This document shows positions 34,677-46,971 of a DNA stretch of 64,000 nucleotides, one piece after another. The stretch covers positions 372,001 to 436,000 of the forward strand of contig OX337235.1 of the NCBI GenBank assembly GCA_946965045.2. The letters are read 5' to 3'. The position numbers were made by a program, and so were the translations under genes. A model generated the notes under the pieces. It saw only the letters and a program-made list of their open reading frames with translations. It was not told the origin of the DNA and ran no database searches. This stretch comes from Epithemia pelagica (taxonomy: Eukaryota; Protista; Bacillariophyta). How positions within the stretch are numbered: position 1 is the first letter of the stretch; each line of letters opens with the position of its first letter.

Positions 34677-36985
34677 TTAGATGTCATTTTCTTGCAAGGC
34701 GTCCTCAAAGCCCTTTGCGATCTCTTGCAAAAACTCGGATGATGGGATCTGCTTCAGTGTCTCGTCTCGCAGCAACCGCTCAAAGCTTTTTCCACTTCCC
34801 AATGCAACGTCTGAATGAGACACCATGACCTCCGACTTTTCCCCTCCTCCACGAGTCGAAGAAGCGGCGAGCTTGGTCGCTCCAAAACGGTCATTGGCAG
34901 GCACTTCGATTATAAATGTCGAAATTGAACCACGGGAGAAATTCATACCAGGGCCGGGGTTTTGCGATGGATCCTTGAGGCCAATCAGTAAGAGAATACA
35001 CAACCCAGTTTCAATGCCAGCACCCTTAAACACCTTTTCCATGGCGCTGAGTGCACTCTGGCGTTGCTCGGGAGTGTAAGATAGTCGATTCTTTACACTC
35101 ACTAGCATGGGACAGTAGCAATCATCATTATTGTGTTTGTATCGCACAGGTATCACCAGGTCGTAAGCTGGGCAAGAGGCATATGCATAGGATGCCCTTG
35201 CACTTCGATACCAGTGCTCCAAAAGGCCACTCTCCTGCAGTTCTTTCAGGCTGTAACGCAAGTAATTACGACACACTTGGATGAAATTGACGCTTGCTTC
35301 TCCAGTGCTATCAACGCTAGATGAATCATCATCGTTGCCTTGCAGTCTTTTGATAAATTTCTCGAGTGGAACAGAGAGTTGTAACAGATCTTGTGATTTT
35401 TCCCAGCGCAACTCGTCTCCACAAGCTAGCATGTAAAAGGCAGCCGCGACTTGACCAACATCTCCCTTTTCAGGACGACACAATGCAGACGTATACATCT
35501 TGATGGCAAATTCGGACCAGAAAGAAGGAGGTTGAGAAAAGGCGCCAAAAGACTCGCAGTTCTCAATCATTTGGGACATGGCAAGCCATGCGCATACCGG
35601 ATCCGGAAGGTACGCAATATCTGCGACAGATGGTTGTTCCGGGTCAAAATGAGTGAGATGGGCATACCCCCAAGCCACTTGTTTTGACGCAAGATCAAAT
35701 GAAACTTGGCCCAATGGCAGACGAGCTGCCAAAATTGAAAAACATGAACTCACGTTCTCCAATTCAATCTTGTAGGTCCCACCTTTCATCCGAAGCAAAA
35801 TTGAGTCCAACGCATCTTTCAAATCACCCTTTAGATGCATCCGAGCGAACAACGGGCGCCCATATTGAACTGCAACATCAAACTCTGTAGAAGATTCTTT
35901 ATCGAATTCGGAACCATTGGTGATTGAAACAAGTCCATTCGTTGTGATTTCGAAAAATGGAGCATACATTCTTTTGCCTGAGTTGTATGTTGGTCTTACA
36001 TTTCTTGAGTAGTATGAATTCTGCGGTGGTTCCGGAAAGTAGTTTGCCAAACTCATGCTTGTTCCTGCAAACACGCCAACAATGTTATGTTCATTTCGTT
36101 CTTTTCGAAGCCACCATCGTATGCTTCGAAAATAAAACCCATCACCATTGTTGATGAGGTGTTGGGACTCGTCAAATAGCAGCACGACCTTTTTCGTTCT
36201 TGCCTTCTCTACAAAAGCATCCAACTTCTTCCACAGCGTTTCTTGGCCATCTTTGGTGGTTCCAATTATTTTAACGTCCAGAGTGTCGGAGAATATGTCA
36301 CTGCCCCATGCTAAGTGCGTGACTTCACCATAATGGCACAGAATAAGTTCGCAGTGAACGTCGCTTTGATTGTCACTGTTAAACATCTTTTTGCATTCGT
36401 GTAGCAATTTGGTCTTGCCAGTTCCACTCGATTGGATGAGCGGAAAATACGGAGCCATGTACTCGTCTCTTGTGGAGGCTTTCCATTTGAAAAGTTCTTC
36501 CACTCGAGCATTGAATGCATTCAAGTCTCGTTTGTAAAACATAGCGTTGTTTTTGATGTCAAAGTCGATCAAGGCCACTCTCTGGGATTCATTGGGGGAA
36601 GAATCCATAGGAATTACTTTTCCTGTTGTCAAAAAATGTTTCAAGTCAATCGTCAAATAGTCTTGAAAAGCTGCACAGAGTTTAGGATCTTCTTTCAACA
36701 TTTCGATCGATGGACTTCGAATCGTTTCTATAGCATAGTTTTTCCGTTTTTCTGACAATTCTGTCTTGAACCAATCGTCTTCCAAGTAGTCACCAAGTGT
36801 TTTGCTGTCCTCCGGTGGATTCGGAGAGCTTGCTTTCAAGATTTGGCGAGTCTTCCTTATGGTCACTTTTCGGTTCTTCCGTCATTGTCCCCTCCAACCT
36901 CTCCCCCCCCCGTTGTTGGTAGAGCCTCCATTACTCCGTATCGCGAAAATAGTTCTATTGTTGTTGTTGCGTTGAGTTGTAGACA
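34677..36985 (-). pseudogene. NTPase-REase copy 3; core ORF 34677..36866 open, 5-prime end disrupted
   Basis: Relative to copy 4, +1 in a C9 run and a 16-nt deletion near 36880 create a TGA before the frame is restored. Confidence 0.7.
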
Positions 36986-37160
36986 CAATATAGCAACAAA
37001 TAAGTTTGTTGTAGCAGAGTTGGATTCGTTGATACAGTGCAGTAGACGATCGAGAATGGTCGAATCATTCCGAGTGATAGTATAGCGTATAGTTTGTAAT
37101 TAGTCATGCCAGAACAAGAATCCATGCCAAGCCACAGAAACATTAGTCCAAGGAAGAAAC

Positions 37161-38138
37161 ATGGTGGAAAAGGATACAAGAGGGACAAACCACTTGTCAC
37201 CACTCAACAAAACGACGACACCAAATCTTTGGTACAACCAACGAATACTTACTTTTGGCCTTCCACAAAGGATTGTAGATTGGATCCTGGAAGACAAAAG
37301 GCCTCAGCAACATGATTCTGGTACGCATACGCCAAAATCCACCGACCAAGCATCCACGACACAAGTCGTCCACACCGGGAGAAGGAAGAAAACAAAAAGA
37401 CCATGGTCGATGTCACGGTTTTTGCTTTCGGGTCATATTTTGGAAGGGGCACAAAACGACCAAAACCGTTTGGGTGGGCCGGGCGATGGTTTGGTCGTGC
37501 AGAAGCACAGGCAAGGTACACGGCGGGAGCTCACGCGAGCCACCGTCACGATTGAATCGTCACAAAATGGCTCAGACGTGCTCGCATCCATTCCATTGAT
37601 CCCCCGTCTAAATATCCTTGTATTAAATTTAACGTTTGGAACCATGCAAAGAATGATGCCACTGCACGAACAAGCACGATATTCGGGGCTTTTCATTTTG
37701 GACCAAAAAACCAAAATAGACTTGAGGGTCTGGATGGCGTCTGCGTAAGACTGCGCTGGTCGCACTGAACTCATGCAACAATGATAACAAGAGGGGACAA
37801 ACCGCTGTCGCATTGAAAGGAATCCGAAAAAGTCTCTCTGCAAGAAATGGCAAGAAGGACCACCCATGAACAAGCGGCGTGAGGGACATGCCGGGGCGGT
37901 GTACAATGAAGGCATCTACGATATGGGAGGATACAATGGGGCTTCTTCAAGCTTGGATTGTGTGGAACGAATGAACGTGAAAGATCTGCTTCATTTTTCT
38001 ACAAGAACAGAAAACAGCTCGAAGAACATCCACTGGAATATATTGATTTGTAAATTATTAGCAGGTCGACATGGATGTTGCGCTCATGTAGTTCAAATTC
38101 GCTACATTGTCATAATGGGGGGATTTCACTTTGAGTAG
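37161..38138 (+). pseudogene. Degraded Kelch-repeat gene (copy 1)
   Basis: KKWQEGPPMNKRREGHAGAVYNEGIYDMGGYNG..LDCVER and GRHGCCAHVVQIRYIVIMGG are Kelch-type repeats; in-frame stops upstream. Confidence 0.65.
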
Positions 38139-38444
38139 TAACCAGTATAAATGGGCCGAATGGCAGGAAGATACTACCAATCAAGAAAACACGGGTCATG
38201 GAAAGAACAGTTCTCACAGTTTATATACTACTCCTACTTATCGAACCGACATTGTTGGAGAGTAGTCCAAGGTAGTTGTCTGTGTTTTCGTAGGTTTCTT
38301 TCATGGAAAGAGGGAAAGTGAAAGGCTCGTCCTTTTGCGACGAACTAATCCTGATCAACCACTCCAATTATCTTCTTGCTATGATTGCTGCCCATGTCCC
38401 ACGAGTCCGCCCCCTTTTAGTTGCAACACGGGTAGACTTGTTGT

Positions 38445-38829
38445 CAAAAGTCCTCTCGTATGTCAATTTAGTTCATGCCCAGGACTGTACCTTTTCCTTC
38501 TTGGAGCCCGCGAACAACAGTGGACCTGTCGAAACGGCCTATGGACATGGCGAAATCACCCATGTCGAGCTCACCTTGATTGGTTTGCCCTAAGAATTGT
38601 CGGACCATGACAATCAAATTCTCAAATCAAGTGGTCCTCAAGGTCCACAATCAAGCCTTTGGCAAAACATTCAGTGGCTGATATTGCGGTCGGAGGTCAC
38701 CAACCGTGACAATCAAATTCTCAGCCGTGTGGTCCTCAACAAGGCCCACAATCAAGCCTTTGGCAACTCCGCCTTGTCTCTTGGTTTGTTCCAAACCGTT
38801 GCCAATATTGCTGTTGGGGGTCACCAAGG
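38445..38829 (+). pseudogene. Internal remnant of the secreted-protein gene, ending at the recombinase element
   Basis: SYVNLVHAQDCTFSFL...VETAYGHGEIT...KAHNQAFGNSALSLGLFQTVANIAVGGHQG, with stops and an internal duplication. Confidence 0.8.
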
Positions 38830-41800
38830 TATTGCCCTTCGAGGAGTTACGCCCCGACGAGTGCCCCCGACGAGAAGCATTCCGAGCAGCAAATGATTGC
38901 GTCCGAGGGGGGGATGTAATAAAGTACGTTGAGCTTTCTAATTGTTTGGAATACATAGGAAAACAGTACCATTGTAAAGAAAGATTACTTACGACAATAA
39001 GGAACAATCTAATTAGGACTCACAAATATACTTAGAGGTTACTAAGGATCTACGAGTTTCCAAGCAGATAAAGTGGCCGCATTTGTGTGTTGGGCGTTGT
39101 GTTTTGTGTTTTCATCATTCGTTTGGAAAAAGGAAGACCTGACCATGACAAAACCTCCTACGGCCGTTGTCAGCCCCATGCCTTCCAAGGACAAGGGAAA
39201 TCGTGGCATTGTGTCTTCTCCTATCTCCATTGCTTCTTCTTTGTCGTCTTTGTCGTCGTGTTCATCGTCTTCGTCGTCTTTATCGTTGTGTTCATCCTCG
39301 TCGGACGCCATCTCACTCGCCTTTGTACCTTTGGACGGTACCTTCGTTCCAAAGATGGATGAATGCACTGGGAGCGACACCGATGCTCACAGTGTTCATT
39401 CCGATCCTTGATACCTTGCCAAGTTGGAGAAAATGTAAGTTTGATTGTTGTTTTTCGTCATTGTCGACCAGTCTTCCTTCCTGCGACTCTTCCTTCCTTC
39501 CTTTTTCTTCCTGCGCGCGTGCCCCGCCTCATCCATTTTTGAATTCGTTGCTGTGTTTACCGTGCAAAACAAACCTCACACTTTTTCTTCCATTGCCATT
39601 TTTGCATCGCATTGCAGGAAACAAAAGACCATGGCCAAGACTCCGCTCCGCCCCCGTCGATCTAAACGCCAAGCTGCTGCTGCAGCAGCCAAGAAGAGGT
39701 ACCGCGATGAAGAGATAGACGACATTCCTCGCCCTCCTGTTCGGAAGGTTACAAAGAAGGTTCATCCGAAGAAGAAACTTCCTCCTCCCACCGTTGACAA
39801 TGGGAAGGAAAACGTTCCTCCTCCTCCTTGTCACCATCCTCACCCGAAAGAAAGGTAAGTTGTTGGATCATCATTACCGTCGTCTTTTCTGTATGATTGT
39901 TGTGTCTGACAAGAATGGCCTCCTCTTTTTCAGCACCAATGGGAAGAAGGATCGTCCTTCCCTTTTCGACGAGGAAGACGACGACGAAGAAGACGATCGT
40001 CTTCCTCCTCTTGTTCCTTATCTTCCGGAGTAAGTTGAGGATGAGATACTCCCTTCTTTTGTATGATTGTTGTGTCTCACACGAATGTCGTTCTTTCTTT
40101 CAGGGACGATGACGATGAAGATGAAGACGATTGGTACCACCTGTTGGAAGATACGGACGACGAGGAACCACTGGACGAACATCATCCTCCTGCTGCCATT
40201 GGTCCCCCATCTCCACTCGATACACAAACCATTGCCATGGCATGCGTCAAGCAGAGACATGTGACCGAAAATGAGGATGGCGAGCTGATGATTGCAGAGT
40301 ATCGAAAACTCCCCGTGGATGTGCCACACACCAAGGACAGTATTCAGTACTGGAACACCTTTGCTCGCATCAGCGAGGATGTATACGAAGACGAGAACCA
40401 CAAGTACGACGTTCGCGAGCTCTCGCAGAACTGGGAGTCGTTCAACAAGGCCAATGCGGACTCTTTCAAACGATTCTTGGACATTCTCCGTCGCCATAAA
40501 CACTATAGAGGACTCGCGGCGCCCATCATTGATCCTGATACTGAAAAGGGCGAGAATTTGAAGGTGCCCAAGCTTTTTGTTGCTCTCAGGGGGGGTATTA
40601 CTCGTGGCAAACTTGGGTTGTTGAATTCTCTCTGCATGATTTTCTGCATGAATCTGCACATGGCTGGGTACAAAAAGGGGGAGCACGATCCCCACGACCC
40701 CAAGTATCACTACCAGCCAAACACGACCGGCAAAGTGCTCAATCACATCTTTTCCATCCTGCGAGCCAATGGAGTCGTGATCACGCAGTCGGACCTCAAA
40801 GGGGAGGGCTCGTACCATGCCTACTTGGAGAACTTGTGGTCGGAAACCGCCACCGTCCGTTCTGAGTTTGGCCGACTTCCCAAACGAGCCGGAGTTTGCC
40901 TCAACGACGAGAAGTCCATGCGAAAGTATGCAAGTCCTCCACTTCGTCCGTTCGAAATTTACAGGGATCTCCTCATGATGGTGTTCTACAAAGTCTGCCG
41001 TGACTGTAGTTTTCGATGTCTAGAGGTACGTCCACGATCCGTTGGATTGTCGTATGGATCACACGCTTCTCACCTCTGCTTGTTGTTTCTACTCAGATGC
41101 ATTTAGCAAAAGTAACAGACTTTCTATTTGTTAAAAGTCTAGATGATTCGCACGGCAATCTCGCTGGTAAGGCGGCGATCATCCCTCTTGACTCCGGTCA
41201 CCATAAGAATGTAAAATTGACTCTTGCCAACCCTTCGTTCCGGCGTGCAGTGGATTGCAAAGGGAACATGATTGTGGAAAACCCCAAGGATCCATGGAGC
41301 ACCTACAAACTGGTCATGGAGTACCGTAGAGTTGCCCACCCGCCGGGTTGGAAAGGGCTCTTCTTCCTTCGTGAAGCACCCGCCAAAGTTATTGCCACAC
41401 GCGCTGACGGATCGACTCACCGTGCCTGGACGGATCTTGTTCCTGATATGTCGAAAACAAAGATTAATCCATTGACTGGCATGCGTCCTGGTGGAAAGTT
41501 GGGCGAAAATTTCGCTGCGCGCAAGACGAAAGAGTTGGCTAAGCGTTGTGGTTTCGAAGGAACCGGCAACTTTACTGGTCGTTCCGCTCGGAGAACTGGG
41601 ATCACCACGGTTGCGAACTCGGGCGTTCCTCAACCTCTTGCGACGAATTATGGCCGCCACAAGGGTGAAAAGATCAACTTTGAGTATCAAGAAGTGACGG
41701 ACCACTCGAAACAGAAGGCGGTGACGGCCCATTGGTAAATGCCATCCGATGACGAAGAAGAAAGCAAAAAAGGTACCTTGTTGTCTGACTGATGCATATT

Positions 41801-43190
41801 GTTACTACTTCTGTATCTTACCTCTCTACTGTTCTCGTTTCAGAGGAACCTAAGAAAAAATCTCCACCAGTAGCCGCGAAAAAAGACGACGAGGACAAAC
41901 CACCCCCGCTCCTTCCTCCTTCTGCATGGGACAACAACAATACAACAAACACCACACACTCTCATCACCAACACGACAACTACCACCACAACTACCAGCG
42001 CAACGAGAGTCCCAGTCACTACCACCAACGCGACAACCACTACAATTGGTCGCCTCCTCCTCCTCCCCCTCATTCTCGATCGTACTCCTACCATTCGAGC
42101 GATCGTAACCATGGTGGGTGGACTCCTCCTCCACCTCCACCATCGTATGGACCCCGTTAGGATCATTACCGCGGGCCTTCCCCTCCGCCACCCCCTCCTC
42201 GATCATATTCGCCACCTCCTCCTGTTCCTTCATCCCGTGTGAATGGCCCAACGGTCCATCACTATCACCATCATTCCTCGCCACCACCGCCTCCACGTCA
42301 GTATCCTGCATCTTCTTCGTGGCCAAACCACGGCAACCACCACAGTGGCTATCACCGACATGGCGGTGATCACTACCATTACAACCACGGGGGTCGTCAC
42401 TACTGAATGACAGAATGAAATGGGTAAGTTACTTCGTTTGCTTTGCTGTCTGTCTATTGCTATTCTCTCACCATCTTCGTCTTAACAGGTTGATGCTTGA
42501 GCTCTTTGTGATGTTCGCTACAAATCCATAGGTAAGTTTGTCTTTTGCTGTTTCTTCTTGATTGCTGTGTTCTTTCCAAAGGCATGTCTAACCTTAATCT
42601 TGATTTCTCTTTGATTTTGGTCCTTCTCGAATGCCGTTTCTCTTTGATTTTGGTCCTCCTCGAATGCATTCACCCTCCCTATTCCTTGTTGATTGTTGTC
42701 TCTTAATGGCTCTCTTCGATTTCTGTTGTTGCTGGTGCTATCTGTTGTTTTTGCTTTGTCTTGCCTTTGTCTTTGCCTTTCTCTGCCTTGCCTTCCTTCT
42801 TTAGTTGTCCACTTGTCTCGCCTTGTGTCTCTCTTTGGTTGATTTTCATGTCTCGCCTTTATCCTTTGGTCTGGTTGGTTGTGATGTCCTTTTTGTTACA
42901 TTGTCTTTGTCCTGGCTCTGCTGTTGTTTGTTCTTGTTGCTATTGTTGTTCTTGTTGCTATTGTTGTTCTTGTTGCTATTGTTGTTGCTGTTGTTGCACG
43001 CGGTTTGTTTCTCGTGGTCTGTTTCGGCTCATTTTGTGACGGTTTCCCTTTGCCTCATTTTTTCGGTTTTTCCCACGACCGAAAATTTTACTTATATACA
43101 CTAAAAGTAAAATTTGAGTACAGTAAAAATTCGGGCTATAGTAACTAGGCACGTGCGGGGGGAATACATCCCCCCCGAGGATCAGCGGTC
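38830..43190 (+). mobile_element. Crypton-like tyrosine-recombinase element (boundaries inferred)
   Basis: Foreign sequence between two identical 98-bp host-gene segments (38732-38829, 43191-43288); 12-bp inverted repeat GGGGGGGATGTA (38907-18) / TACATCCCCCCC (43165-76); encodes a YR. Confidence 0.7.
39631..42406 (+). CDS. Spliced tyrosine recombinase (Crypton/DUF3504-like); exons 39631-39854, 39934-40029, 40104-41025, 41097-41772, 41844-42406; in-frame stops at 41736 and 42158
   Basis: GT-AG introns keep the frame. YQPNTT, FRCLE|MHL (catalytic R), HHKNVK, ENPKDP, FTGRSARRTGITT, YGRHK and FEYQ give the R-K-xxxR-H-Y constellation. Confidence 0.75.
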
Positions 43191-43580
43191 GTCCTCAACA
43201 AGGCCCACAATCAAGCCTTTGGCAACTCCGCCTTGTCTCTTGGTTTGTTCCAAACCGTTGCCAATATTGCTGTTGGGGGTCACCAAGGGTGGTTGGACCA
43301 TTCCTGTGGATTGTGCTGCCCCTACGATGACAATGATCCACGATGCTGCTGCAATGCCAAGGCCGATGAGGCTACCATTGTCGTTGCCCGTGTTGCTGCT
43401 GCCGCTGGTCCCATTGAACAAGTCAGTTACCGCCATGCCAAGATTTCGCACGGTGACTTTGAAGACTTTGTTTGCTTGGAACTTTGTCAAAGTGGGAGTG
43501 CCACCTTTGAACATGTCCACGATTGTACCTTCAACTTTGTGTACAATCCCGTTGACAAGGCCTTGACCAAGGTCCATTAA
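43191..43580 (+). pseudogene. 3-prime remnant of the secreted-protein gene
   Basis: SLGLFQTVANIAVGGHQGWLDHSCGLCCPYDDND...NPVDKALTKVH; no 5-prime half. Confidence 0.8.
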
Positions 43581-43939
43581 GTGTTTGGGGGATTGTAGTG
43601 GACAAGGTTCGTCGATTGGAGGCACGTGGAGCTCGGCTCCGGTTTCCGATACACCATTCTGAAAATAGGATGGAGCGTTAAGTATATACATGAATAGAAA
43701 AAGAAGATTGCAACCACAGCAGTTTACTTCCTGGAGGAGTTGTGGAAGCCAAGGCGTTTGGACGGGGACACGTGTAGAAGAGGGTCATTTCATGCAGGGT
43801 TTGCTCGTTGAAAGATTGGGTTGTGAGGGTGTGTGCGAGATTTGTTTTCCCATGTTGCAACCAAACCTTTTAGTGTGTCGACACTGTCCATGGCGGGGCC
43901 TCTGGGACAAACAAACAAAGGAACAAAAATTGCAATCGA

Positions 43940-45196
43940 TTACCGCTTCTTCTTTGGCGTTTGCTTCTTTTTATTCTTCTTCTTTTTCTTTTTGGATGCA
44001 GCAGCCATGAGACGGGTCGGATCGGGTGCCTTTTGCAACCGATACAAGAGTAATTGATTGGAGACATCGTATCGAATTTCCACATTTTGCCACAATCGTT
44101 GTTGTTCTTGTTCTTGTTTGTGGTTGGTGGTGGTGGCAGTACCATTCGAATTGGGAAAGAGGACGGGCCAAAAGTATTCGGGTTGCGAGAGGGACCAAAT
44201 GCAATAATATCCCAATGGTTTCAAGACGCGATGGACGGCCTGCATCATGGAATGGACTTGGACTTGTCGACGATCGTGATGGGGATAGGTACAGGACAGT
44301 GGATCGAGCAAGCCCTTGTCCACGACAGCCTGCAGGGAATTGGGACGAAGATGGGGAATCCCACTCGTGGTTTGAGAAGACAATTCGGTTGCATTGTCCA
44401 GATATAATTGCATGCGACCCGCCTCCACTTGATCGTGACACAAACGAGATTGGACTTGCATGACGGGAGAGGACCAATCGACTTGAATAATGGGGCCTCG
44501 ATAATACTGTGGGGGTTGATTGGCCATGTCCCATCCCAATCGTGACACGCCGCATCCGAGAATCAAGACGGGTTCCTTACTATTGTTGTTGGTTGTGGTA
44601 GATGGTGTCCACAACGAGCCATGGTCCTCTCTTTGTCTCGTGTCGCTCTCGACGACAGTGTCATGTGCTTCTTCTTTTTCCTCTTCCAACTCGGCATCAT
44701 CACTGTCGTAATCTTCGTCATTGTCATAGTCGTCTTGCGGTGGCGACAAACCCAGGGTTTTCCACAGAGTTGTGGTATGCAAGGTGGCCACTGGATCGTC
44801 CTCTTGCTTTTTGGTTGAATTGGTTCGCAGTTGGTCCACGTCAAACGTGGTGAGAAACAAGTGTGTTGGTGGTTGTGCTTCTTCGTTTGAACCGTATGGT
44901 CCTTGTGGTGGTGGTGGCGGTGGCACGGGAAGTGGATGATAGGAATAGGATTGCAAGGCGGCATGCGAGACATGACCCCATTCACCGGCTGGATTGGTAT
45001 TGGATCCCGCCGTGGCCAAGAGTGACGACACGGACCCACTGTTGCGATGCGCATAATCCCAGTACACGACGGATCCATAACGATGGACGGGCAAACAAAA
45101 GTCCAAGGTTTGCCACACCCACTGCTTCCATCGATCCCACATATGCCGATTTCGTAACAACTTTAAGGCGGAAGAAGAACGGGTCGTCGTCGTCAT
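43940..45196 (-). CDS. Class I SAM methyltransferase, METTL13/EEF1AKMT4-like (paralog 1; likely ATG 45196)
   Basis: YGSVVYWD, VLILGCGVSRLG, VIQVDWS-like IIQVDWS, AVVDKGLLDP, YYCIWSLSQPE. Confidence 0.78.
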   Translation of the reverse strand: MTTTTRSSSALKLLRNRHMWDRWKQWVWQTLDFCLPVHRYGSVVYWDYAHRNSGSVSSLLATAGSNTNPAGEWGHVSHAALQSYSYHPLPVPPPPPPQGPYGSNEEAQPPTHLFLTTFDVDQLRTNSTKKQEDDPVATLHTTTLWKTLGLSPPQDDYDNDEDYDSDDAELEEEKEEAHDTVVESDTRQREDHGSLWTPSTTTNNNSKEPVLILGCGVSRLGWDMANQPPQYYRGPIIQVDWSSPVMQVQSRLCHDQVEAGRMQLYLDNATELSSQTTSGIPHLRPNSLQAVVDKGLLDPLSCTYPHHDRRQVQVHSMMQAVHRVLKPLGYYCIWSLSQPEYFWPVLFPNSNGTATTTNHKQEQEQQRLWQNVEIRYDVSNQLLLYRLQKAPDPTRLMAAASKKKKKKNKKKQTPKKKR

Positions 45197-45552
45197 GATG
45201 GTGTCTGGTTCCAATCGAATCTATAATAGCTTTCGTTGTTCTCGTCTTCTGTGTGTCTCCTCTCGTGAAAATCTTTCCGGAGAAATGGACGGACCGGATG
45301 ACAAAGCCGGCTGGAGGACAGACGCTTTTACGGAGTGTGGACAGACGCCTTAAACCATGACCAAACGCGACCTGATCGGGAAAGAAACGCACTTCAAACG
45401 CACCTATTTCGATCGAATCTGTTCGGGAGGGCCACACATTGTGGCATCTTTCTTGACTTGTGGTGTTCCTTCCTTTTCACTGTGTGTGTGGTCCAATCAT
45501 CATTGTCCTCGTCCTTTTCCGTGTTTCACAGTGTCCGTATCATATATCTATC

Positions 45553-46971
45553 ATGCCGTCTCTGCGTGGTCGCTATTTCATTGATTGCCTGAAACGTTGG
45601 ACCTTGGCCCGGTTAAACCTTTCCTTGCCGGTGCCCCCCTACGGTACCTCTCAGTATTGGGATCATGCCTATCGATCCATGTTGCAGCAACCGGATCAAG
45701 TCGAACCGCAAGAATGGGGTGATGCCTCGTATGAAACGCTCAAGAAATATCACTACAAGACGCTTTCGATCCCCACCTCCTTGCTCCTTTCGTCGCCGCA
45801 TTCGCAGCAGCCTCTGTCCTCCGGTTCCGCAGTCTATTACGATCTCCACAAGAATCACAACTATAACCAGCCCGTACCCACCACCTTGGATTCGTCCCAT
45901 GCCACGCGACCGGTGCATTCCACAACCTTGGCGGAAACCATGGGATTGACCGAGAATGATGATGATGATGAGGAGGAGGAGGAGGAGTATAATCCAGAGG
46001 ACAACAATGACCACAACGATTCGTCGTTTACCGAGAAACACAAGGCTCCCATTGTCATTTTGGGGTGTGGAATTTCCCGATTGGGTACCGATTTGGCCGC
46101 ACACGAACCCTCTCTGGGAACACGACCAGGACGACGAACGGTGATTCAAGTCGATTGGAGTCCGCACATTGTGCAATTGCAAACCCTGTTTTGTCACGAC
46201 CAGGTCCAATCCGGTGCCTTGCACATTTACGAAGATTCGGCGGCGCAATTGTCGAGTATTTCGCAGGACAATTCCATTCAAGCCGTCCTGGACAAGGGAT
46301 TGATGGATCCCTTGTCCTGTACCTATGCCCATCACGATGGACGATCCAAACACGTGCAAGATATTTTTCGAGCCGTCCATCGCGTCTTGAAACCCAATGG
46401 GTATTATTGTATCTGGTCCCTGTCGCAACCCGAATTCTTGTTGCCCGTCTTGGAACAAGAAAATCTCATTCAACCCACTTCCGACTATGAGGATGATACC
46501 GACAACAACAAGGACAGGAACGCAACGGGGGATTTGTCCCAGGAAGAGGATCGTTCCGTGTTTTCTCCAAAACATTTGGATCGTCCATCCATGCCTTCGC
46601 CACCACTCTTGTCCATACAACAGCAACAACAAAAACGACTCCAAAACACATATCGCAATTATCAACCCTTGGCATCCCTGTCATCCTCCTCCTCATCCAC
46701 TAGTACCACTACGATTCCGACGCGCACGCCTCGCAATCCCATGACCGGCAAACCCTACTTGTGGCAGCGCTTGGACATTCGCCATGATGTCACCAATCAA
46801 TTCCTCTTGTATCGGTTTCAAAAGGCGGCTGCCAGTGATCCGTTTTCAACGACGACACGTCGTCGCGGAGGTGGTGGTGCGCAACCACCATCCTCCCGCT
46901 TGCCACGCCATTCGGCAAACAACAAGAACAACAAGAACAACAAGAACAACCATCGACAACGACGAGCTTGA
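45553..46971 (+). CDS. Class I SAM methyltransferase, METTL13/EEF1AKMT4-like (paralog 2; likely ATG 45553)
   Basis: YGTSQYWD, IVILGCGISRLG, VIQVDWS, AVLDKGLMDP. Confidence 0.78.
   Translation: MPSLRGRYFIDCLKRWTLARLNLSLPVPPYGTSQYWDHAYRSMLQQPDQVEPQEWGDASYETLKKYHYKTLSIPTSLLLSSPHSQQPLSSGSAVYYDLHKNHNYNQPVPTTLDSSHATRPVHSTTLAETMGLTENDDDDEEEEEEYNPEDNNDHNDSSFTEKHKAPIVILGCGISRLGTDLAAHEPSLGTRPGRRTVIQVDWSPHIVQLQTLFCHDQVQSGALHIYEDSAAQLSSISQDNSIQAVLDKGLMDPLSCTYAHHDGRSKHVQDIFRAVHRVLKPNGYYCIWSLSQPEFLLPVLEQENLIQPTSDYEDDTDNNKDRNATGDLSQEEDRSVFSPKHLDRPSMPSPPLLSIQQQQQKRLQNTYRNYQPLASLSSSSSSTSTTTIPTRTPRNPMTGKPYLWQRLDIRHDVTNQFLLYRFQKAAASDPFSTTTRRRGGGGAQPPSSRLPRHSANNKNNKNNKNNHRQRRA

Larger units (their letters stand above)
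29294..40453. repeat. Direct repeat unit 1 (pairs with 52655..63824, offset ~23.37 kb)
   Basis: Matching ORFs: 30343/53703, 32546/55910, 34677/58043, 39042/62413, 40063/63434. Confidence 0.92.

Noticed and set aside
38825-38840. CryptonS-type TATGG terminus (recalled consensus)
   Set aside because: The left end reads TATTG and no matching short repeat was found at the right end.
42600-42990. 18-bp and 33-bp tandem repeats and an N/K-rich minus-strand stretch as a gene
   Set aside because: Interrupted by stops in all plausible frames, with no domain signal.
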